Source: an uncultured delta proteobacterium
Lineage (GTDB): Bacteria; Desulfobacterota; Syntrophorhabdia; Syntrophorhabdales; WCHB1-27
Direction of reading: 5' to 3'
Assembly: GCA_963816715.1 (NCBI GenBank)
Contig: CAWFMJ010000027.1
Span: forward strand, 43,173 to 75,172
DNA: 32,000 nt
Below are positions 17,559 to 25,261 of this stretch, piece after piece (within the stretch, counting starts at the first letter, position 1; every line of letters starts with the position of its first letter). The notes beneath the pieces are model-generated. The model saw only the letters and a program-made list of their open reading frames with translations, was not told where the DNA came from and ran no database searches. Both the position numbers and the translations under genes were made by a program.

Positions 17559-18500
17559 CTATTTCCAGTGCGTGCCCGAGTACTTCCGCGCCGGCCCTGC
17601 GGTGAAGACCAGCGTGGGCTTCTTTATGCCGAGGAATTTCCACGGGCAGTGTTTCACGCCTCCCGGCACGCATATAAAACTGCTTTCGGTAATAGTGTGA
17701 ATCTCGCCATCGAGGGCGATGCTCATCGGACCGCCGAGGTCGCGCGGATGCTTGGGGTCGGAGCCAACCATGCCGATCAGTTCTTCCCAGTCGTGGCTGT
17801 GCTCCGGCTCCGGCACAGTGCCTGAACCTTCGTAAATCCAGAGGAATTCCGTATAGAAAGCGCCCTCCACGACGTCCTCGTCAAGGTAGAAAACGCGGGT
17901 GGACTTTATGGTATTGTCAGGAGACCGCGGCGGGGGCGGAGCGTCGCTGTCTCCGGGGTGAACGTAGAAATTCTGCTTGAACTCGGTAATGATCGTATAG
18001 TCAGACAACTTGCTAGTGCTCGGCCCGGGTTCGTCTGCCTCCCCCCGTAAATTCGTCCGGGTGTACGTCGCGTTCGGAGCCATCGTAATCAGGAATATCG
18101 GCCTATCTATCCGGCTCAGCAGGATGGGGCAGTGCTTCGTGCCCGCCCGTACGAATATCAGGCTGCTGTTGGTAAGGACTTCCTCTTTATCATCCAGCCA
18201 GATGCTGACTTTGCCCCCCAGGTCGTACGGGTCTTCGGGGTTGGAGCCCATGAACGCGATTACCTCGTCGAAGTCGTGGAAGTGGGACTCCTCCATGGGA
18301 TATTGCGACTCCCCGCTCCAAAACCAGACGCAATCCGCGTAAAAGAAGTCTTTTACTATTTCGTCGTTCACGGAGAGTAAGTGGGTCGACTGAATAGCAG
18401 ACATCTCCCTAGCGTGTTCCGCCATGCGTTGCTCATCGATTCCCGGCGGGAGCTTGCTCGGTTTGGTAATGATATATTTTGAAGTCTTCAGGTCAGCCAT
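17559..18500 (-). CDS. Bicupin-like hypothetical protein (two tandem cupin modules)
   Basis: Internal duplication: HFHDFDEVIAFMGSNPEDPYDLGGKVSIWLDD...VRAGTKHCP versus HSHDWEELIGMVGSDPKHPRDLGGPMSIALDG...VPGGVKHCP. Both halves carry HxHxxxE and PxGxxH-type cupin motifs. Confidence 0.7.
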   Translation of the reverse strand: MADLKTSKYIITKPSKLPPGIDEQRMAEHAREMSAIQSTHLLSVNDEIVKDFFYADCVWFWSGESQYPMEESHFHDFDEVIAFMGSNPEDPYDLGGKVSIWLDDKEEVLTNSSLIFVRAGTKHCPILLSRIDRPIFLITMAPNATYTRTNLRGEADEPGPSTSKLSDYTIITEFKQNFYVHPGDSDAPPPPRSPDNTIKSTRVFYLDEDVVEGAFYTEFLWIYEGSGTVPEPEHSHDWEELIGMVGSDPKHPRDLGGPMSIALDGEIHTITESSFICVPGGVKHCPWKFLGIKKPTLVFTAGPARKYSGTHWK

Positions 18501-18605
18501 TTTTTTACCCCCTTTCTTGAACTAGCGGGAAAGACCGCCAACTTGAGATCGGTTTACCTGCGCCGGTATGACCGAAAAAGAGACATGAACCGTTTTTCAC
18601 GGGTC

Positions 18606-19490
18606 CTATGCTTTCCCTATATCTTTTTCCGACATTTTCCAGAAGATTTCTTCCATTTCGGAAGTCAGTTGAGGCATCCCCTCTGTTTGGGCCTCCCTGA
18701 TCCGTAGGTCATATGCTCTTTCGAGCTCCGGCAGGAGGGCTTTCACCGCCGGGGAATCCTCTACCTTTTCGCCGATGAGCTTGCGCTGTTCCAGAGCCTT
18801 TTCAAAATCTTCCTTGCCCAGAGGAATATCATAAAGCAGGTTAAGCGCTTCCATGAGCCTGACCTTTCCCTGGTAATCTTCCTCCAGGGCGACGTAGTGC
18901 GGCAGAGAAACAATGAGGACAACGGACGCGATCCCTGCTTCCCCAGCTTTCTCCGTGATCAGGTGCGTCATGCTCGATGGACCGTGATACTTGCTCCGCA
19001 GGGCGCCTGCCTTTCTTACATCCTGGCGCGCTTCTTTTCCTATTCCGGATCCGCTGACAAGCAATGGTTTCGTATGGGGCGTCATGTCGTGCATGCTCCC
19101 TATCAGTATATATTTCCTTGCCTGCACGGCCTTGAGGAACTTTAAGACGGAATCGGTGTACAACTCCGAATTTGCGTGAGGCTCCAGGAGATGGAGCAGA
19201 ATGATATCGTTGCGCCCCTCCCGTTTGGCGTAGTGAATCGATGTATTAGGAATGGAGAAACCGCGGATGCCGCCTTCGAGATGAATGACGGGCCGGTACC
19301 GTGTGAAGTCATAAAAGCGGCCCGGCGTGGACAGTTGCCCCAATTCAGCGGCGCCCAATCGGGCCTCCACCTCGTTCAGGACCATACTTCCAACGCTGTT
19401 CACATCGATCCAGGGTTTCAGGCAAGCCAGAACGTAGGGCTCGTTGAACTCCGGAACGGGGTCGTGCAATTGGAAACAACCTATCCTCAT
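18606..19490 (-). CDS. PAC2 (proteasome assembly chaperone 2-like) family protein
   Basis: Family-typical blocks: CLKPWIDVNSVG, FYDFTRYRPVI, LLEPHANSELY, ILIGSMHDMTPHTKP. ATG preceded by GGGGG. Confidence 0.7.
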   Translation of the reverse strand: MRIGCFQLHDPVPEFNEPYVLACLKPWIDVNSVGSMVLNEVEARLGAAELGQLSTPGRFYDFTRYRPVIHLEGGIRGFSIPNTSIHYAKREGRNDIILLHLLEPHANSELYTDSVLKFLKAVQARKYILIGSMHDMTPHTKPLLVSGSGIGKEARQDVRKAGALRSKYHGPSSMTHLITEKAGEAGIASVVLIVSLPHYVALEEDYQGKVRLMEALNLLYDIPLGKEDFEKALEQRKLIGEKVEDSPAVKALLPELERAYDLRIREAQTEGMPQLTSEMEEIFWKMSEKDIGKA

Positions 19491-19860
19491 GATGTACCCC
19501 CTGTCGCGTTAGCTCACTCGGCGCTGAGAACGCGACACTCATAATTCTATCATTCCACGACCGGCTCGACAACAACAAGCGACTGCCGGAAAAGCCCTTC
19601 GGATAATTATCCCCATACCAGATGGTTCTCGTAAAAGGAAATGCTCACGGGAAAGAACGATATGTGGCATAAAAGACAATAATTCGTTTCGTATCTCGAA
19701 GGTGCTGCCGGAACATGGCCCGGAAATTGACTTCCCGGCCCTCCGGTAGCGGTACGATAGTTGCATGGAAGCAGTCGGATGGATTAAGCCTCGTTCGCAA
19801 AAAGAGGCTGGAAAACGAGCAAACAATACTGCGCGTACTCAAGAACAGGGAGGACAAAAC

Positions 19861-21429
19861 ATGGGAATAGGAACTTATCAGGCGTACAAAGAGCGGCTAT
19901 TGAAGATGAAGCCGAACGTGTATATCAACGGCAAGAAGGTCGACCGATCGGGCGACTGGATCGACGGCGGCTGCTATGTGATGAAGCAAACCTACGATTA
20001 TGCCAATGATCCCGAATACCAGGATGTCTGTACGGCCGTATCTCATCTGACCGGCGAGAAGATCAACCGTTTCACCCACGTTCACCGGTCGAAGGAAGAC
20101 CTGCTCAACAAGCAGATGATGACGAGGCTGCTCTGTCATCGCGTCGGCGGCTGCACCCAGCGTTGCATGGGCACGGACGCAATCAATGCCCTCGACGTTG
20201 TCACCTATGACATAGACCAGGCGTGCGGCACCAAATACCACGAACGTTTCGAAAAGTATCTCCTGTATTCTCAAAAATATGACCTTGTCGCAAACTGCGC
20301 ACAGACAGACGTCAAAGGGTCCCGCAACCCCAAGTACAAGAGAGCCCATATGCAGCCCGATCCGGACCAGTTTGTCCACATAGTGAAGACAAACGTCGAC
20401 GGCATCGGCCTCGATGGAAAACCATGCAAGGGCATCATCGTCCGCGGCGCGAAGATCTGCAACTCCAACGCCCCCTATGTCGATGAAATAATCGTTAACC
20501 CGACCAAGCTCATGGGCAGAGGCGACGAGGGCTACGCCGTATCCTTTGCGTTGCCGGCCGACTGGGACGGCTTGAAGCTGATGGCCCTTCCGGGGAAACA
20601 TCACAAGAGGACGCACATCACGGCCCCCTTTTCCAATGTCGGCGACGTGGAATCCCTGACTATCTTCGACGATGTATTCGTGCCCGAGGAAAGGGTCTTC
20701 ATGAATGGTTACGATCATCCCGACGTGGTTCAGTACGCAGGCTATCTTGCCCTCATGTTTGCCCATTTTCACCGTCATTCCTATACCGGCTGCAAGACCG
20801 CCGTCTCCGAGGTTATCGCGGCCCAGGCAGCCCTCGTTGCCGACGTGAACGACATCGCGCAGGAACACCACGTCCGTGAAAAACTCTGCGAGATCATCAG
20901 CACCGCGGAACTGGTGTTCGCTGCCGGGCAGGCCTCAGCTTTTCGTGCGGTGGAGTTTCCCAATGGTTCATGGGTGCCGGACGAGGTGCTCACTAACGCG
21001 GGACGAAGGCTTGCCGGCCACAAGATCTACGAGGAATATGCAACACTGGCAGACCTGACGGGCGGCATTTGCGCGTCGCTTCCCACGGAAGAAAGCTACT
21101 ACGCTCCGGAAACGGCCGAGCTGTGCAACAAGTACATCATACGAAACCCCGCATATACCGCCGAAGAGACCCACAGAGTCATGCGCATGATGGAAAACAA
21201 GCTCTGCGATCCTTTTGAGGGCGCTCAGGCGGTCGCAGGCATGCACGGCGGCGGCTCTCCCCTCATGGAGACCATCACCATGATGAGCCGGTATGACCTC
21301 GAGCCGCTGAAGAACATCGCGAAGTTCCTCGCCGGTTTCAAGGATGCGAAGCTCCCCCGGTACGAACGTCCCACCGCGACGCCGAGGGCTATGCTCGACA
21401 AGTTTAAGAAGCTGGAAAAGAAGGACTAA
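19861..21429 (+). CDS. 4-hydroxybutyryl-CoA dehydratase / vinylacetyl-CoA isomerase family (HpaB-fold) protein
   Basis: ATG at 19861 with GGGAGGA SD; the ORF-track start at 19765 is unlikely. Blocks parallel to Clostridium AbfD: GGCTQRCMGTDA, YAVSFALP, IFDDVFVPEERVF, FAHFHRHSYTGCK, MHGGGSP. Confidence 0.85.
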   Translation: MGIGTYQAYKERLLKMKPNVYINGKKVDRSGDWIDGGCYVMKQTYDYANDPEYQDVCTAVSHLTGEKINRFTHVHRSKEDLLNKQMMTRLLCHRVGGCTQRCMGTDAINALDVVTYDIDQACGTKYHERFEKYLLYSQKYDLVANCAQTDVKGSRNPKYKRAHMQPDPDQFVHIVKTNVDGIGLDGKPCKGIIVRGAKICNSNAPYVDEIIVNPTKLMGRGDEGYAVSFALPADWDGLKLMALPGKHHKRTHITAPFSNVGDVESLTIFDDVFVPEERVFMNGYDHPDVVQYAGYLALMFAHFHRHSYTGCKTAVSEVIAAQAALVADVNDIAQEHHVREKLCEIISTAELVFAAGQASAFRAVEFPNGSWVPDEVLTNAGRRLAGHKIYEEYATLADLTGGICASLPTEESYYAPETAELCNKYIIRNPAYTAEETHRVMRMMENKLCDPFEGAQAVAGMHGGGSPLMETITMMSRYDLEPLKNIAKFLAGFKDAKLPRYERPTATPRAMLDKFKKLEKKD

Positions 21430-21476
21430 CCGCTTCATAGACCCTTCGGCCTTCGGAAAATTCAAAATCTTGGTCC

Positions 21477-21516
21477 AAATCGGACCCATCGGGTAAACTC
21501 CGAATGGGTCCGATTT
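21477..21516. terminator. Hairpin between convergent genes (possible bidirectional terminator)
   Basis: AAATCGGACCCA (21477-21488) pairs with TGGGTCCGATTT (21505-21516) around a 16-nt loop. Short T/A runs lie on both sides. Confidence 0.5.
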
Positions 21517-21587
21517 ACGTTGTCCGGTGACGCCATTGAGGATTCTTCTTTGATGCTTCACTAGAGTCCAACACGCACAAAGGGAGC

Positions 21588-22157
21588 CTAGAGTCGTGGT
21601 TTGCAGATGATTTCTCTGATTTTTGTGTTGAAGAATGTATGCGTATTGGCGGCTGTCAAGACCAAGGCGGCGTCCGCTCCTCCCGCAGAGCCTGCGATCG
21701 CGACGACGTCCTCATTTGTTCTGATTAAACCTGCATCCGCGGCCATACAGGTGATTTCACAGGAGACTTTCACGCCTTGTCCGAATAGTCTGAGGACATG
21801 GGCGATAATCTCGTCAACCTGAATTGTGTTGAATCTGTTGTTTACGGCCCTGCCCAGACCGCCGAAGGAGTGGGCCGCGTGGAGTATCCTGCCGCCGTTC
21901 CGCTCGATCGCAGTGCGGTTTTCAGCCAGAAGCATGGTTGTGTTCGGTTCCTTGAATCCGACCACCCCAGCCACTACGATCAGGTTGACGCCTTTGAACA
22001 TTTCTGAGGCTTTAGCCCCGGTAAGACCGCTGTAGGAGGCTACGATGATATTCTTGACGCCCAGTTGTTCGGCTCTCTCCTTCGCGAGTTTAAGGGTCGC
22101 GTCGGTGTTCCTGCTTCCGGGATGCTCGAAATAAGTGGTTTTACACGCTACATCCAT
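21588..22157 (-). CDS. Stand-alone pyruvate kinase alpha/beta (C-terminal)-domain-like protein
   Basis: 189 aa: TTYFEHPGSRNTDATLKLAKERAEQLGVKNIIVASYSG...FGQGVKVSCEITCMAADAGLI...VAIAGSAGGADAALV...IREIICKP. This is typical of the PK_C-only family. GAAGGA SD. The start overlaps the preceding mini-ORF by 10 nt. Confidence 0.7.
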   Translation of the reverse strand: MDVACKTTYFEHPGSRNTDATLKLAKERAEQLGVKNIIVASYSGLTGAKASEMFKGVNLIVVAGVVGFKEPNTTMLLAENRTAIERNGGRILHAAHSFGGLGRAVNNRFNTIQVDEIIAHVLRLFGQGVKVSCEITCMAADAGLIRTNEDVVAIAGSAGGADAALVLTAANTHTFFNTKIREIICKPRL

Positions 22158-22291
22158 GTGTTGATCCTTCTGATGTTCTGTATGGCCTCCATCGACTTCT
22201 GTGTGCTTCCCGCGACGTAGAGGCGCGGCACGCAGCGCTGCCGGCCGCTGAGTTTCGCCGCCTTCTCGAACTCTTTGCCGCTTTCTTTCAT
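22148..22291 (-). pseudogene. 47-codon KaiB N-terminal fragment (truncated second kaiB of module B), possibly still translated
   Basis: Not in the ORF track because it is under 60 aa. My translation: [47 protein letters not shown]. It aligns to the ERAAK...[22 protein letters not shown] region of the 24520..24936 KaiB. Its ATG overlaps the kaiB stop as ATGA. Confidence 0.5.
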
Positions 22292-22617
22292 GCCGTCCCC
22301 TTGCCCTTCACGCGCAGGTCGAGTCCCACCAGGACGCGCTCCGTGTTCGACAGATCGCCGATGATCTTGCGCACCGGCTCGGGGAGCTTCCTCACGAGGG
22401 TGGGAATGGCGAGGATCTGGTCGCCCTTGGCGAGGGTGGGGTTTTCTAAAAGGTCGATCACCTCGATGCGATACTTCCCTTTCAGGTGCTCCTCGCAGAG
22501 CTTCTTCAGGTTAGAAAAGGCAACGAGGGACTTCGGCGTTTGACCGGCGACGTAGAGGCGAAGCTCCCAGAACTCTTCGCCTGAGGCTGCTTTCCTGATC
22601 ACGCGCTCCTCCTTCAT
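22288..22617 (-). CDS. kaiB: KaiB (module B)
   Basis: [83 protein letters not shown] is the thioredoxin-like KaiB signature. ATGA overlap with the kaiC stop. Confidence 0.92.
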   Translation of the reverse strand: MKEERVIRKAASGEEFWELRLYVAGQTPKSLVAFSNLKKLCEEHLKGKYRIEVIDLLENPTLAKGDQILAIPTLVRKLPEPVRKIIGDLSNTERVLVGLDLRVKGKGTA

Positions 22618-24317
22618 GTCGTCCCGTCAGCCTGCCGGCGGCGAGCCATCTCCTTGCGCTGCTCGTTGAGCGCTGATCGGCGGCGCTCCACCTGCTGGGC
22701 GAGTTTGCGCATCTCTTCCTCGTCCGCCTCGATGCCTGCCCGTATCGCGGCGATCTGCGCTTCCGCCAAAAGCCGCTTCCGCTCCAGCTCCCGCTTCCTG
22801 CGGTCCGTTTCTTCTTTCAGGTCCTCCTCTGCCATGCGCTCTTTCGCCTCCTGGGCGGCGCGGGCAGAACCGGTAAGCACGCCTGAAGGGCCGAGGTAGA
22901 CGTCCTGGAGCTCGATGCCAGAATCGGTGAGGAGGAACTCGCGTATCTGGTTGGAGTGCGCAATGCCGCGGGCTTTCAGGATCATGAGGCCCCGGTTGCG
23001 CTCGCCGCTCGACTCCAGGTCGCGCAGCACCATCCACGCGTCCATGAGCGAGGAGATGCCCACCTCTGTTCGTTCGAGACTTTCGCCTCCGGCAGTGAGG
23101 CTCGTGAACAGGGCGGTTATGCGCTCCGCTTTTAAGTAATCGATGAGACGAGTGAGCATCGATTTCACTTCCTGCTCGTTGCCGACGCTGATCAGGTTGG
23201 TGATGGGATCGAGGATGACGACGCTCGGCTTGAAGGCCTCGACGGTCCGGTGAATGTGGGCGAGGTGCGTCTCGAGCCCGAAGACCGTCGGGCGGGAGGC
23301 TTCAAAAAGAAGAAGGCCTTTGTCGATGCAGGGCTGGAGGTCGATGCCGATCGACCGCATGTTGCGGACGATCTGGCTTTGGGATTCCTCGAAGGCGAAG
23401 TAGACGGTCTTCTCTTTGCGCTCGCAGGCCGATTTCGCGAAGGCGGCGGCGACGCTCGATTTGCCCGTGCCCGCCGTGCCGGACAGGAGGATGGTGCTTC
23501 CCCGGTAGTGCCCCGCGCCTGCGAACATTGCATCGAGCCGGGGGATGCCGGTGGAGATGCGTTCTTTCGAGGCCGTGTGTTTCAGGCCGAGCGAGGTGAT
23601 AGGCAGCACGCTGATGCCGCGTTCCCCGATGAGGAAAGGGTACTCGTTGGCGCCGTGGGAGGAGCCGCGGTATTTCATGACGCGCAGGCGCCGGGTCGAG
23701 AGCTGCTCGGCGACGCGGTGGTCGAGGATGATCACGCAGTCGGCGACGTACTCTTCGAGACCGTGGCGGGTTACCTTATCGACGCCCCGCTCGCCGGTGA
23801 TGACGGCAGTGACCCCTTTCTGCTTCAGCCAGCGGAAGAGGCGCCGCAGCTCGGCCCGCAGGATCGCCTCGTTGGGGAGGCTGGCGAAGAGCACTTCGAT
23901 GGTGTCGAGGACGACGCGCTTTGCCTTGATCGAATCGATGGCGTGGCCGAGCCTGACGAAGAGGCCTTCCAGGTCGTATTCGCCCGTCTCCTCAATCTCG
24001 CTCCGCTCGATGTAGACGTAGTCGATGGAAATCTTCTTCTCTTTGGTCAGCTTCGCCAGATCGAACCCTAAGGACTTGACGTTCTTGGTCAAGTCTTCGG
24101 CGGTCTCCTCGAAGGCCATGAAGACGCCCGGCTCATTGAAGGCTTCGGCGCCGTGGACGAGGAACTCCATCGCCAAAAGCGTCTTGCCCGCGCCCGGTCC
24201 GCCGGCCACGAGGGTGGGGCGGCCTTTCGGCAGACCGCCGCCGGTGATCTCGTCAAGGCCTTTGACGCCTGTGGGCGCCTTCGGCAGCGCGCCGGGGTCT
24301 GAGAGCTTCCTTGCCAT
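22614..24317 (-). CDS. kaiC: KaiC (module B), double RecA-like domain with coiled-coil-like C-terminal extension
   Basis: 567 aa. CI has Walker A GGPGAGKT and AFEET. CII has Walker A GTAGTGKS and [22 protein letters not shown] lies at the phosphosite position. The tail [76 protein letters not shown] follows. AAGGAGGAG SD. Confidence 0.93.
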   Translation of the reverse strand: MARKLSDPGALPKAPTGVKGLDEITGGGLPKGRPTLVAGGPGAGKTLLAMEFLVHGAEAFNEPGVFMAFEETAEDLTKNVKSLGFDLAKLTKEKKISIDYVYIERSEIEETGEYDLEGLFVRLGHAIDSIKAKRVVLDTIEVLFASLPNEAILRAELRRLFRWLKQKGVTAVITGERGVDKVTRHGLEEYVADCVIILDHRVAEQLSTRRLRVMKYRGSSHGANEYPFLIGERGISVLPITSLGLKHTASKERISTGIPRLDAMFAGAGHYRGSTILLSGTAGTGKSSVAAAFAKSACERKEKTVYFAFEESQSQIVRNMRSIGIDLQPCIDKGLLLFEASRPTVFGLETHLAHIHRTVEAFKPSVVILDPITNLISVGNEQEVKSMLTRLIDYLKAERITALFTSLTAGGESLERTEVGISSLMDAWMVLRDLESSGERNRGLMILKARGIAHSNQIREFLLTDSGIELQDVYLGPSGVLTGSARAAQEAKERMAEEDLKEETDRRKRELERKRLLAEAQIAAIRAGIEADEEEMRKLAQQVERRRSALNEQRKEMARRRQADGTT

Positions 24318-24466
24318 GCCTCAACTCCTCCTTGCCGCGGCGATGTCGACCGGAAAGAAATGGCGCGCTTGCCTGTTTCTGCGGACCGGTCTCGAAGGTT
24401 CGTTCACCTCGTCCTTCCCGGAAAAGCAATTAAGCATGAAGATGGATGCAATAACCGACACTCATT

Positions 24467-24495
24467 ATTCTACGACTGTTGATTTTGGCTGTAAA
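24467..24495 (-). promoter_or_regulatory. Putative sigma70 promoter of kai module B
   Basis: Minus strand: TTTACA (24495-24490), 17-nt spacer, TAGAAT (24472-24467), about 150 nt upstream of the kaiC-B ATG. Confidence 0.45.
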
Positions 24496-24519
24496 GCGAT
24501 AAAAGCTGCGCGCGCGTCT

Positions 24520-24936
24520 TCAGACGCCCTCTCGGGCGTCCTTCAGCGCTCCGGCCTGGGGCTTCGGCTGCAGATCGAGCCCTATGAGGATGGTCTCGAT
24601 ATCGGTCATACCGCCGATGAACCGGCGCAAAGGCGGCGGCAGCTTCTTTATCAGCGTAGGCACGGCAACGATTTGTTCCCCCCTGGCGAGGACCGGCTGC
24701 TGATAAATGTCGATCACCTGCAGTTTGTAGCGTCCCTTCAGGTGCTCCTCGCAGATGCGCTTTATGTTGGTGATCGCCTGGTTCGATTTCGCCGACGTCC
24801 CCGCAATGTACAGCTTGAGCACATAGTTTTGCTCCTTGACCCCCTTGGCGGCCCGTTCGGACAGCTCTGGCCCGTTCCCCGGTCCTTCCGTCGCGGACTT
24901 CGGATCAACGCTGTCTTTTCGGCTTCGCTTTGTCAT
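24520..24936 (-). CDS. Divergent KaiB-like protein with N-terminal extension (module A, second kaiB)
   Basis: 138 aa. Core [84 protein letters not shown]. The ATG at 24936 overlaps the upstream kaiB by 32 nt. An alternative GTG at 24822 is preceded by AAGGAG. Confidence 0.8.
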   Translation of the reverse strand: MTKRSRKDSVDPKSATEGPGNGPELSERAAKGVKEQNYVLKLYIAGTSAKSNQAITNIKRICEEHLKGRYKLQVIDIYQQPVLARGEQIVAVPTLIKKLPPPLRRFIGGMTDIETILIGLDLQPKPQAGALKDAREGV

Positions 24937-25261
24937 TCGTCACTTCCAGGGTTAATGGCCGGGGTTTCAGATCGAGACCCACGAGCACGCGCTCCGTGTT
25001 CGACAGGTCTCCTATGACCTTTCTTATGGGGGTCGGCAACTTTCGTACAAGGGTCGGGATGGCGACGATCTGATCGCCCTTCGCCAGAAGCGGCTTTGCC
25101 AGGAGATCGACTACCTCGATGCGGTATCGACCGGCAAGGTTTTCCTCGCAGATCCTCTTGAGGTTCTCGAGTGCGGTCCACGATTTCGGCATCGATCCCG
25201 TCACGTAAAGGCGAAGCTCATAGATCGGGGCCGGCTGTTCCTCTTTTTTTGCGGCCCTCAT
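24905..25261 (-). CDS. kaiB: KaiB (module A)
   Basis: [87 protein letters not shown] overlap with the kaiC-A stop. Confidence 0.92.
   Translation of the reverse strand: MRAAKKEEQPAPIYELRLYVTGSMPKSWTALENLKRICEENLAGRYRIEVVDLLAKPLLAKGDQIVAIPTLVRKLPTPIRKVIGDLSNTERVLVGLDLKPRPLTLEVTNDKAKPKRQR

Noticed and set aside
19897-20871. 324-aa minus-strand ORF opposite the AbfD-like gene
   Set aside because: Antisense shadow ORF with no recognisable motifs.
23250-25017. Plus-strand ORFs (273 aa, 156 aa, 330 aa) across kaiC-B, the inter-module gap and the kaiB genes
   Set aside because: They are antisense to genes with unambiguous KaiC/KaiB motifs, have low-complexity Arg/Pro/Ser-rich translations, and have no SD.
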